Source: Candidatus Methylomirabilia bacterium
GTDB taxonomy: Bacteria > Methylomirabilota > Methylomirabilia > Rokubacteriales > CSP1-6
Direction of reading: 5' to 3'
DNA length: 18,778 bases
Assembly (NCBI GenBank): GCA_041496385.1
Contig: JBGQEL010000085.1
Location: forward strand, 1-18,778
Part shown: piece by piece, positions 1-7,901 of the stretch
Position numbering within the stretch: position 1 is the first letter of the stretch
Layout: every line of letters starts with the position of its first letter
Notes under the pieces: generated by a model
Told to the model about the DNA's origin: nothing
The model's input: only the letters and a program-made list of their open reading frames with translations
Databases searched by the model: none
Program-made: the position numbers and the translations under genes

Positions 1-401
1 AACGCAAAGGCGGCCACGAAGGAGAACAACACCGCCAGGCGCGCGAGCGGGTTCTGGAGGGGAACGGCGCTCGGTGTCAGGCCGAGCACCCGCGTGCCGG
101 GTTCACCCGCGAGCACCGCAGTGATGATCGTCCCGTAGACCAGCCACTTCGCGCCGAAGGTCACGAAGAAGGGGGCCTGCTGGAGCGGACGGCCCCACCG
201 GGTGCGCAACAGGAACATCTCCATGGCCGCGATCGGGGCCGTTATCGCCGCACCGTCGATCGCTCCCACGAGGCTTCTGGGGAACAGAGATCCACTGAAG
301 AAGATGAGGTCGATGAAGCTGTTGTAGGCGACCCCGATCAGTGTCCCCACGAGCAAGAGCCGCAGGAAGAGCCGCACCCGGCGCTTCATCGCCCGACGCA
401 T
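1..401 (-). CDS. 5' part of a membrane protein, probably the N-terminal TM region of an adenylate/guanylate cyclase domain protein (runs off the left edge)
   Basis: Read by hand from ATG at 401: MRRAMKRRVRLFLRLLLVGTLIGVAYNSFIDLIFF...QQAPFFVTFGAKWLVYGTIITAVL..., open to the edge with several hydrophobic helices. It resembles class III cyclase membrane anchors, but the catalytic domain is not in the window. Confidence 0.6.
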   Translation of the reverse strand, partial: MRRAMKRRVRLFLRLLLVGTLIGVAYNSFIDLIFFSGSLFPRSLVGAIDGAAITAPIAAMEMFLLRTRWGRPLQQAPFFVTFGAKWLVYGTIITAVLAGEPGTRVLGLTPSAVPLQNPLARLAVLFSFVAAFA

Positions 402-407
402 CCTGCC

Positions 408-413
408 AGTCTA
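408..413 (-). promoter_or_regulatory. -10 box TAGACT, 6 nt upstream of ATG 401 (leaderless-type)
   Basis: Minus strand reads TAGACT-GGCAGG-ATG, leaving no room for a properly spaced Shine-Dalgarno. Confidence 0.5.
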
Positions 414-456
414 CCGTACTGGGCTACGCGTTGATCGACAGCGCACCCCTCCTGGA

Positions 457-614
457 CTCTAGGAATTCTCTAGGAGAACAGGGAGCGAAACTCACCTAAT
501 CCAGCCGGAAGAAAGGTCAACTAACTCCTGGGTTTTGTTGGTGGGTGTTGGTGGGCGTGGGGATCTGAATCCCCCTCACAACCCAATGGGCTTCGGTCTC
601 CGGAGCAAGCCCAT
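457..614. repeat. Lower-GC intergenic patch with short direct repeats and hairpins; possible att/tRNA-3'-end scar
   Basis: CTCTAGGA twice (457-464, 468-475); tandem TGTTGGTGGG twice (536-555); GGGGA/TCCCC stem (559-574); ATGGGCTT/AAGCCCAT inverted repeat (586-593/607-614). Confidence 0.4.
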
Positions 615-753
615 CAATCAAGTCAAGGGCCGGTCCCAGTGGCAACTCTCGGCGATGCGCCTTGGCTGGCGCGTTCCACCTGCGGCCCCCACGGCGATGG
701 CGGCACGACGATGAATCGCGGAGAATAGCGCTTAGACGAAACCGGGGGGGGCC

Positions 754-1461
754 ATGGCGGACGTCGAGACGCTGGATCGGACGTACGACTTCATCATGCG
801 CGGGCTCATCGCGGACGGCGTCGCGCCGCACTTCACCGACGTGGCGCGCGCATTCCACGTCACGCCCGACGACGGCCTGCGCCTCGTGCGGGAGTTGATG
901 GCCACCGGCCTGCCCTGCTGGCTCCATCCAGACACCGACCTGATCGCCTCGTTTCCGCCGTTCAACGTGCTGCCGACCCAGTACCGGCTGGCCGTCGGCG
1001 GCGACCGCAAGTGGTTCGCTCAGTGCGGCCTGGAGGCGCTCGCCGCCTGCTGGGCGTTCTCGGGCAAGTCGGTGTCGATCGATGCGCCGTGTCTCGACTG
1101 CGGCGAGCCGGTGGAGGTCACCGTCCGCGACGGGCGCGTCGAGCGCGCCCGGCCTGACGGGATCTGTTTCTACGTCGCGCTTCCCCTGCGTGAGTGGCGC
1201 GCCAACCTGCCCTACGCCTGAAGCCGTATGAACCTCTTCCGGTCGGAAGAGCACGCGCGGCGGTGGTCGGGATTCCAGGCGGGAAGCGACGCGGGCATCA
1301 TCTCGCTCGAGGCGGCCATGGCGATCATGAGCACGCCGCGCCACCGCGACCGCTTCAACGGCCGCTACGTCTCGTCCTTGCCCGGGTACGGGGCGCCATT
1401 CTTCGCCCGGATCCGGGAGGTCACGGGCGGCGCGCCGTACTGGCAGCCGCCGGCGGCCTAA
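754..1461 (+). CDS. merB: MerB-like organometallic (alkylmercury) lyase family protein, probable selenoprotein (235 aa, Sec at codon 156, TGA 1219-1221)
   Basis: ORFs 754-1221 and 1228-1461 share a frame, and readthrough gives ...ANLPYA-U-SRMNLFRSEEH. MerB motifs: WFAQCGLEAL (cf. YAWCALD), CLDCGEPV (cf. CAATGAPV), U-SRMNLFRS (cf. FCCHVHFFAS). A SECIS-like hairpin follows, and there is no SD before ATG 1228. Confidence 0.85.
1223..1261 (+). promoter_or_regulatory. Bacterial SECIS-type RNA hairpin
   Basis: Perfect 7-bp stem CTCTTCC (1234-1240)/GGAAGAG (1245-1251) with G-initial loop GGTC, separated from the UGA by 19 nt. Lower stem GCCG (1223-1226)/CGGC (1258-1261) plus G-U pairs. Confidence 0.75.
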
Positions 1462-1542
1462 CCTCACCGGAAGGCGCGATCCCGCGTTCCACCCTTGCAG
1501 GGGTTTCGAGCCGTATGACCTGTGGGGAAGGGAGACGCACTG

Positions 1543-2466
1543 GTGAACAAGGTCATGGGGTCGGTCGAGTGGCTGCTGCTCGTCGGGCTGTCGGTGCTCT
1601 GGGGTGGGTCGTTCTTCTTCAACAAGCTGGCGCTCACCGACCTTCGGCCCTTCACGCTCGTGCTGGGTCGGGTCGGGCTGGCGGCGGTGGCGCTCAACGT
1701 TCTCGTGCTCGCGCGTGGCCTGCGGATGCCGACGACGCCGAGGATCTGGCTCGCGTTTCTGGCGATGGGGGCGCTCAACAACCTGATTCCGTTCAGTCTG
1801 ATCGTCTGGGGGCAGACGCGGATCCCGAGTGGGCTGGCCTCGATCCTCAACGCCACGACGCCGCTCTGGACGGTCGTGGTCGCGCATTTGCTGACGCGGG
1901 ACGATCGGTTGACGTGGAGCAGGCTCGGCGGCGTGCTGCTCGGCCTCGCGGGCGTGGTCGTGATGATCGGTCCCGCCGCGCTGCTCGGCCTGAGCCTCGA
2001 CGTGCTCGCCGAGCTGGCCGTGCTGGGGGCGGCGCTCTCCTACGCTTTCGCCGGTGTCTTCGGGCGGCGGTTCCGTGACCTGCCGCCGCTGGTGACCGCG
2101 ACGGGGCAGGTGACGGCCACGACGGTCATGGCGCTGCCGATCGCGCTCGCGCTGGACCGGCCGTGGACGGGGCCGGCGCCCGGCGCCGTCACGTGGGCCG
2201 CGCTGGCGGGGCTCGCGCTGCTCAGCACCGCGCTCGCCTACGTGATCTACTTCCGCATCCTGGCCGCCTCCGGCGCGACCAACCTCCTGCTCGTCACGTT
2301 CCTGATCCCGGTGAGCGCGCTCGTCCTCGGCACGACGGTGCTGGGCGAGCGGCTCGAACCGCGCCAGCTCGCGGGCATGGCGCTGATCGGCGCGGGGCTG
2401 GCGGCGATCGACGGCCGGCTGCTCAGGCGAGCCAGAGCCAGCCGACGAGCAGCGTCACGAGCGTGA
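1543..2466 (+). CDS. EamA/DMT family drug-metabolite transporter
   Basis: About 10 TM helices with motifs LSVLWGGSFFF, GLASILNATTPLWT, LSTALAYVIYF and TFLIPV. Start set at GTG 1543 because of SD AAGGGAG at 1528-1534 (alternative start 1522). Confidence 0.9.
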   Translation: MNKVMGSVEWLLLVGLSVLWGGSFFFNKLALTDLRPFTLVLGRVGLAAVALNVLVLARGLRMPTTPRIWLAFLAMGALNNLIPFSLIVWGQTRIPSGLASILNATTPLWTVVVAHLLTRDDRLTWSRLGGVLLGLAGVVVMIGPAALLGLSLDVLAELAVLGAALSYAFAGVFGRRFRDLPPLVTATGQVTATTVMALPIALALDRPWTGPAPGAVTWAALAGLALLSTALAYVIYFRILAASGATNLLLVTFLIPVSALVLGTTVLGERLEPRQLAGMALIGAGLAAIDGRLLRRARASRRAASRA

Positions 2467-3649
2467 GCGGCACGCCGACCTTGCAGTACTCGACGAATCC
2501 GATGTCGATTCTCGCCCCGCGGGCGACTTCGACCACGATCAGGTTCGCCACGCTCCCGAGGATCGTCAGGTTGCCGGCGAGCGTCGACGCCATCGCGAGG
2601 ATGAGCCACGTGCGCTCGGGGTCACCGAGCGACGGCACGAGCGGCTTCAGGAGCAGCAGCGCCGGCACGTTGGAGACGAGGTTCGAGAGCACCGCGGTCA
2701 CGGCGGTGAGGACCCACGGCCGGTGGAGGTTCGCCGCCTGGGCCCAGCGCAGGAGCACCTCCACGAGCCCGGTGCGCTCAACGCCCGCCGTGATCACGAA
2801 GAGTCCCGCGAAGAGGACGAGCAGCTCCCAGCTGATCTCGCGGTAGACTTTCTGCGGCTTCACCCGCCGCGTGAAGAGCGTGTACGCGGCGCCCGCGATC
2901 GCGACGAGGGCGATCGGCACACCCACGAGGAACGCGGCGAGCATCACGCTCACGGCCGCGACGGTCTTCCACATGAGCGGGTAGTGGACCGCGAGCCGGG
3001 TGTCCGGCGCCGCCTCGAGGCGGACGTTCGGGAGCTGGCGCCGGTAGACCAGCCACACGGCGAGAAAGACACACGCGAGCCCGATGAGCGCGATGGGCGC
3101 CTCGCGGGCGAGGAACGTCCGGTAGCCGATGCCGGAGAAGCTCCCGACGAGCATGTTCTGGGGGTTGCCGGTGAGCGTGGCGACGCTGCCGACGTTCGCC
3201 GCGGTCGCCAGCGCGACCAGATAGGGGACGGGCGGCAGGAGCAGCCGCCGCGTGAGCGCCACGACGATGGGCGCCAGCACGAGACAGACCACGTCGTTGA
3301 CGAAGACCGCGGAGAGCACGCCCGACGCCACGATGACCCCCGCGAGCACGCTGAGCGGCGTGCGCGCGCGCCGGACCGCCCACGCCATGACGAGACTGAA
3401 AAAACCGGATAGGCGGAGGTAGGCCGTGACGATCATCATGCCGAAGAGGAGCACGAGGGTGTGGGCGTCCACGGAGGCGACGGCCTCGTCCCAGCCGATC
3501 GCGCCGGAGACCACCATGACCGCGGCGCCGATGATCGCGACGCCCGTGCGATCCACGCGGAAGCCCGGGATCCGCCCGAGGCCGAGGCCGGCGTATGAGC
3601 CGACGAAGGCGGCGAGCGCGATTGCGCGGCTCCACTCGCTGCCCGGCAT
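2423..3649 (-). CDS. ArsB/NhaD (IT superfamily, SLC13/YbiR-like) anion permease
   Basis: Motifs DRTGVAIIGA, LSAVFVND, AANVGSVATLTGNPQN, LSNLVSNVPA and STLAGNLTILGSVANLIV. Start ATG 3649 lies 7 nt downstream of a TATGCT box. Confidence 0.9.
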   Translation of the reverse strand: MPGSEWSRAIALAAFVGSYAGLGLGRIPGFRVDRTGVAIIGAAVMVVSGAIGWDEAVASVDAHTLVLLFGMMIVTAYLRLSGFFSLVMAWAVRRARTPLSVLAGVIVASGVLSAVFVNDVVCLVLAPIVVALTRRLLLPPVPYLVALATAANVGSVATLTGNPQNMLVGSFSGIGYRTFLAREAPIALIGLACVFLAVWLVYRRQLPNVRLEAAPDTRLAVHYPLMWKTVAAVSVMLAAFLVGVPIALVAIAGAAYTLFTRRVKPQKVYREISWELLVLFAGLFVITAGVERTGLVEVLLRWAQAANLHRPWVLTAVTAVLSNLVSNVPALLLLKPLVPSLGDPERTWLILAMASTLAGNLTILGSVANLIVVEVARGARIDIGFVEYCKVGVPLTLVTLLVGWLWLA

Positions 3650-3656
3650 GCTCGAA

Positions 3657-3689
3657 AGCATACATGCGATCCCGGCGCCCTGATAGAAT
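3657..3689. promoter_or_regulatory. Back-to-back divergent -10 boxes: TATGCT (minus, 3657-3662) and extended TGaTAGAAT (plus, 3681-3689)
   Basis: The only AT-rich hexamers in a 49-bp intergenic gap, each 7-9 nt from a start codon, with no SD on either side. Confidence 0.6.
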
Positions 3690-3698
3690 CGTCCGGCC

Positions 3699-5114
3699 AT
3701 GCGCGGCCTCGTCGGCTACGGCGTCTACGTGCCCTACTTTCGCCTCGACCGGAAATCCGTCGCGGCGGCGCTCGGGACGCCTCCCGGCGCGGGGACCCGT
3801 GCCGTGGCCGCCTACGACGAGGACACGACCTCGCTCGGCGTCGAGGCGGCGCGCGCCGCGCTGCGCGCCACACCCGGCGCGCGCCCCGACGCGCTCTACT
3901 TCGCGACGGCGCTGCCCGCGTACCTCGACAAGACGAACGCCACCGCCGTGCACGCGGCGCTCGATCTCGACGCGAGCGCGCTCGCCTGCGACATGCTGGG
4001 CTCGATCCGCTCGGGCGCGGGCGCCCTGCGCGCGGCCCTCCAGGGCGGTGGGACCACGCTCGTCCTGCTCGCCGACATTCGCACAGGGCTTCCGGGCGGC
4101 GGCGACGAGCGCGACGGTGGCGACGGCGCCGCGGCGCTGCTCGTGGCGGACGGCACGCGCGAGCTGCCGCTCCTGGCCGAGCCCCTGGCGCACGCGTCGG
4201 TGACGGCCGAATTCCTCGAGCGCTGGCGCGTGCCGGGCGAGCGCGCGAGCCACCAGTGGGAGGAGCGCTTCGGCGAGCACGTCTACGTGCCGCTCGGCGA
4301 GGCCGCCGTGGTCGCGGCGCTCAAGCAGGCGGGCGTCACCGCGCCCGCGATCAACCACTGGGTCGTCGCGGGCCCGCACGGACGCGCGAACAAGCGGCTC
4401 GCCGCCGTGGTGGGCGCGACGAAGGGAACGGTGGTGGACGATCTCGGCGCGACCGTGGGCAACACCGGCACGGCCCACGCGGCGCTGCTGCTCGCTCAGG
4501 TTCTTGATGGCGCCGCGCCCGACGAGCTCATCGCCGTCGTCTCGCTGGCCGACGGCTGCGACGTCACCCTCTGGCGCGCGACCGCGGCCCTCGCGGCCCG
4601 GCGGCCGGCGACACGGGTAGCGGATCAGCTCGCGGGCGGCGGGCAGGTGAGCTATGGGAGCTTCCTGACCTGGCGCGGCCACCTCGAGCGCGAGCCGCCG
4701 CGACGTCCCGACCCCGAGCCGCCAGCGGCACCCCCGTCGCTCCGGGCGGAGGCGTGGAAGTTCGCCTTCACCGGCAGCCGCTGCCAGGCCTGCGGCGCGC
4801 GCCACCTGCCGCCCCAGCGCGTCTGCGTGAAGTGCCACGCGATCGACCGGATGACGCCCGAGCGCCTGGCTGACGTGCCCGCGGTGATCGCGACCTTCAC
4901 GGTGGACCGGCTCGCCTACTCGCTGTCGCCGCCGGTCGTCGCGGCCGTCATCGACTTCGAGGGCGGCGGCCGGTTCCAGTGCGAGCTGACCGACGTGGAC
5001 CCGGCGGCCGTCCGGATCGGCGACCGCGTGGAAATGACGTTCCGGCGGCTGTTTACGGCCGGATCGGTGCATAATTACTTCTGGAAGGCGCGTCCGCTCA
5101 GAGGAGGTAGCTGA
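3699..5114 (+). CDS. HMG-CoA synthase-like domain fused to DUF35 (Zn-ribbon + OB-fold); thiolase partner
   Basis: N-terminal YGVYVPYFRL, DEDTTSLGVEAA, GDGAAALL and VGNTG; C-terminal CQAC...CVKC Zn ribbon and OB-fold (GDRVEMTFRRL...NYFWKARP). Confidence 0.88.
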   Translation: MRGLVGYGVYVPYFRLDRKSVAAALGTPPGAGTRAVAAYDEDTTSLGVEAARAALRATPGARPDALYFATALPAYLDKTNATAVHAALDLDASALACDMLGSIRSGAGALRAALQGGGTTLVLLADIRTGLPGGGDERDGGDGAAALLVADGTRELPLLAEPLAHASVTAEFLERWRVPGERASHQWEERFGEHVYVPLGEAAVVAALKQAGVTAPAINHWVVAGPHGRANKRLAAVVGATKGTVVDDLGATVGNTGTAHAALLLAQVLDGAAPDELIAVVSLADGCDVTLWRATAALAARRPATRVADQLAGGGQVSYGSFLTWRGHLEREPPRRPDPEPPAAPPSLRAEAWKFAFTGSRCQACGARHLPPQRVCVKCHAIDRMTPERLADVPAVIATFTVDRLAYSLSPPVVAAVIDFEGGGRFQCELTDVDPAAVRIGDRVEMTFRRLFTAGSVHNYFWKARPLRGGS

Positions 5115-6313
5115 TGGCGAGCAACGGCATTCGCGACCGCGTGGCGATCGTGGGCATGGGCTGCACCCCGTTCGGGGAGCGCTGGGACAAGAGCGTCAAC
5201 GACCTCCTCGTGGACGCCACCAAGGAGACGCTCGCGTCCGCCGGCATCGAGCTGCGCGATGTGGACGCGTTCTGGCTCGGCACGCTCTACTCGGGCCAGT
5301 CGGGCCTCACGCTCTCGCGCCCGCTGAAGATCGACTACAAGCCCGTGAGCCGGCTCGAGAACTACTGCGCCACGGGCTCCGAGGCGTTCCGCAACGCCTG
5401 CTACGCGGTCGCCTCCGGCGCCTACGACGTCGCCATGGCGATCGGGGTCGAGAAGCTCAAGGACAGCGGCATCTCCGGCCTCCCCGGTATCGCCGCGCCC
5501 GGCGACGGCACCAGGGCCGGGCTCACGGCGCCCGCGACGTTCAGTCTGCTGGCGCCGGCCTACGCCAAGAAGTTCGGCGTGGACGAGGCCACCCTGAAGG
5601 ACGTCATGACGCGCATCGCGTGGAAGAACCACAAGAACGGCGCGCTGAACCCCCGCGCGCAGTTCAGGAAGGAGGTTCCGAAGGAGACGATCGCCTGCTC
5701 GCCGCTCGTCGCCGGGCCGCTCGGCATCTTCGACTGCTCCGGCGTCTCGGACGGCTCGGCCGCGGCGATCATCGTCCGCGCCGAGGACGCCCGGCGCTAC
5801 ACCGACAAGCCCCTCTACGTGAAGGCGCTCTCGTTCATCGCGGGTCCGGCCGCGGGGCCGATGGACCCTGATTACGACTACACGACGTTCCCCGAGGTCG
5901 TGGCCTCCGCGGCCGACGCGTACGCCCAGGCCGGCATCAAGGACCCGCGCCAGGAGCTGGCGATGGCCGAGGTCCACGACTGCTTCACGCCGACCGAGCT
6001 GGTGCTGATGGAAGACCTCGGCTTCGCCGCGCGCGGGACCGGGTGGAAGGAGGTGCTCGCCGGCACCTTCGATCTCGAGGGCGAGCTCGCCGTGAACCCC
6101 GACGGCGGCCTCAAGTCCTTCGGTCATCCCATCGGCGCCTCGGGCCTGCGGATGCTCTTCGAGGCCTGGCTCCAGCTCCGCGGCGAGGCCGGCAAGCGCC
6201 AGATCGCCTCGGTGGCCCGCGGCCGGAACCTGGCGCTCACGCACAACCTCGGCGGCGCGCCGGGCGAGTGCGTCTCGTTCGTCGGCGTGGTGGGTTCGGC
6301 GCCGAGCGCCTAG
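5114..6313 (+). CDS. Acetyl-CoA acetyltransferase / SCP-x-type thiolase
   Basis: ENYCATGS (catalytic Cys), IGVEK, DCSGVSDGSAA, EVHDCF, NPDGGL and GHPIGASG. TGATG overlap with the upstream gene and SD GAGGAGG. Confidence 0.92.
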   Translation: MASNGIRDRVAIVGMGCTPFGERWDKSVNDLLVDATKETLASAGIELRDVDAFWLGTLYSGQSGLTLSRPLKIDYKPVSRLENYCATGSEAFRNACYAVASGAYDVAMAIGVEKLKDSGISGLPGIAAPGDGTRAGLTAPATFSLLAPAYAKKFGVDEATLKDVMTRIAWKNHKNGALNPRAQFRKEVPKETIACSPLVAGPLGIFDCSGVSDGSAAAIIVRAEDARRYTDKPLYVKALSFIAGPAAGPMDPDYDYTTFPEVVASAADAYAQAGIKDPRQELAMAEVHDCFTPTELVLMEDLGFAARGTGWKEVLAGTFDLEGELAVNPDGGLKSFGHPIGASGLRMLFEAWLQLRGEAGKRQIASVARGRNLALTHNLGGAPGECVSFVGVVGSAPSA

Positions 6314-6339
6314 CGTCTCCGGCCGCCGTCCAGGCCGTC

Positions 6340-7080
6340 GTGCCGCAGCCGATCTTCCAGGTCGAGCATCTCTCGCTCGCGTACCCCGGGACCCGCTTCG
6401 ATCCCGCGGCGACGGTGCTGAGCGATGTCTCCCTCGAGGTCCCGCGCGGTGACGCCCTCTCGCTCGTTGGCCCGTCGGGCTCGGGGAAATCCAGCCTGCT
6501 CCGGTGTCTCAATCGGCTCGTCGAGCCCACGGCGGGCACCCTACGATTCGACGGCAGGGACATCCGATCGTACGATCCCCGCGAGCTGCGGCAGCGCGTC
6601 GCGCTCGTCATGCAGACGCCCGTGCTCTTCGAGGGGACCGTGCGGGACAATCTCCGCGTTCGGCCCGTGGACGCCCGCGGCGACTTTTCCGAGGAGCGGC
6701 TCGCGAGGGCGCTGGCCGAGGTCGGTCTCGAGCCGGCGCTGCTCGATCGGGACGCCGCCACGCTCTCCGGCGGCGAGCGGCAGCGGGTGACGATCGCCCG
6801 CGCGCTGCTGCGCGACCCGCAGGCGCTCCTGCTCGACGAGCCGACCTCGGCCGTCGATCCGCCGAACGTCATGCTGATCGTCGACACGATCTCGCGGCTC
6901 CGGGAGACGCGCGGCCTCACCATCGTTGTGGTGACGCATCAGCCGGAGCTCGTGCGCCGTCTCGGGGGCTCCCTCCTCTACCTGGTGAAGGGGCGGGCGC
7001 AGGCCCTCGAGGTCGCGGACGCGCGACTCCAGGCCTTCCTGACCGGCGAGCATCCGGCCGGAGTCGCGAGGCCGGCGTGA
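6340..7080 (+). CDS. ABC transporter ATP-binding protein (FetA/YbbL-like)
   Basis: Walker A GPSGSGKS, signature LSGGERQR, Walker B LLLDEPTS, H-loop VTH. Start GTG 6340 is inferred. Confidence 0.88.
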   Translation: MPQPIFQVEHLSLAYPGTRFDPAATVLSDVSLEVPRGDALSLVGPSGSGKSSLLRCLNRLVEPTAGTLRFDGRDIRSYDPRELRQRVALVMQTPVLFEGTVRDNLRVRPVDARGDFSEERLARALAEVGLEPALLDRDAATLSGGERQRVTIARALLRDPQALLLDEPTSAVDPPNVMLIVDTISRLRETRGLTIVVVTHQPELVRRLGGSLLYLVKGRAQALEVADARLQAFLTGEHPAGVARPA

Positions 7081-7871
7081 GCGGTCCGGCGGGCGTCGTC
7101 GATCTGTCGATCTGGCAGCTCGCGCTGGCCCTCGTCCTGGTCGCCGTGGTCATCGTCGTATCGATCCGCCAGTCGCTGGGCCTGGAGCGCGACCTCGTCC
7201 TCGGCTCCGTCCGCACCATCGTCCAGCTCTACCTGGTCGGCCTCATCCTCGCCGCGGTGTTCGCCGCGGCGCGCTGGTACTGGGTCTTGCTCATCCTGGT
7301 GGTGATGACCGGCGTCGCGACGCAGGCGGCCGTCTCGCGGCTCAAGAAGCCGCTTCCAGGCGGCCACCGTATCGCGGCGATCGCCCTGACGGTCTCGACG
7401 GCCGCGACCCTCGCGTACGTGATCGGCGTGGTCGTCCAGGTGCGCCCCTGGTACGAGCCTCAGTACATCATCCCCATCGCCGGCATGATCCTCGGCAACT
7501 CCATGACCAGCGCCGCGCTGGCCGGGGACCGCCTGCAGGGCGATCTTCGCACCCGCGCCGACGAGGTGGAAGCCCGGCTGGCCCTCGGCTTCTCGGGCCG
7601 TGAGGCGCTGCAGCCGATGGTGCGCGCGGCGCTGCAAGCCGCGATGATCCCCACGGTGAACGGGATGATGACGGTGGGCCTCGTGCAGCTCCCGGGCATG
7701 ATGACGGGGCAGATCCTGGCCGGCTCCTCGCCGCTCGTGGCGATCCGCTACCAGATCGTCGTCGTGTTCATGCTGGCGGCGGCCACGGGCCTGGGCTCGC
7801 TGCTGTTCGTGCGTCTGGCTGCCGACCGCTACCTCACCGCCGCCCACCAGTTTCGGCGGTACCTGCTCTGA
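7077..7871 (+). CDS. fetB: UPF0014/FetB-type ABC permease
   Basis: RTIVQL, PWYEPQYIIPIAGMILGNSM, EARLALG, GLVQLPGMMTGQILAG and AIRYQI. GTGA overlap with the ATPase stop. Confidence 0.9.
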   Translation: MSGPAGVVDLSIWQLALALVLVAVVIVVSIRQSLGLERDLVLGSVRTIVQLYLVGLILAAVFAAARWYWVLLILVVMTGVATQAAVSRLKKPLPGGHRIAAIALTVSTAATLAYVIGVVVQVRPWYEPQYIIPIAGMILGNSMTSAALAGDRLQGDLRTRADEVEARLALGFSGREALQPMVRAALQAAMIPTVNGMMTVGLVQLPGMMTGQILAGSSPLVAIRYQIVVVFMLAAATGLGSLLFVRLAADRYLTAAHQFRRYLL

Positions 7872-7901
7872 GCGTCCCATGCTGGACGGCGCGCGCTCCG
7901 C

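Noticed and set aside
545..700. Intact tRNA (including tRNA-Sec) upstream of the selenoprotein gene
   Set aside because: I could not fold a full cloverleaf, D-arm or UCA anticodon arm on either strand; only a degenerate 3'-end-like fragment is present.
1228..1461. Independent 77-aa gene MNLFRSEEH...
   Set aside because: It has no SD, is in frame with the upstream ORF and corresponds to the C-terminal part of the MerB-like fold.
1222..1518. 10-bp repeat AGCCGTATGA at 1222-1231 and 1509-1518
   Set aside because: Two short copies, one coding and one intergenic, with no further structure; compatible with chance.
517..1887. Long alternative ORFs such as 517-1887(-), 2778-5072(-), 5075-6244(-), 9581-12238(+), 14061-15854(+) and 13268-14716(+)
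   Set aside because: They are Arg/Gly/Pro-rich shadow frames of well-supported genes, as expected from high-GC codon bias.
5112..7871. Sec readthrough at other TGA stops (5112-5114, 7078-7080, 7869-7871, and also 2464-2466 and 17305-17307)
   Set aside because: These stops fall at natural domain ends or in stop/start overlaps, with no Cys-equivalent position or in-frame continuation.
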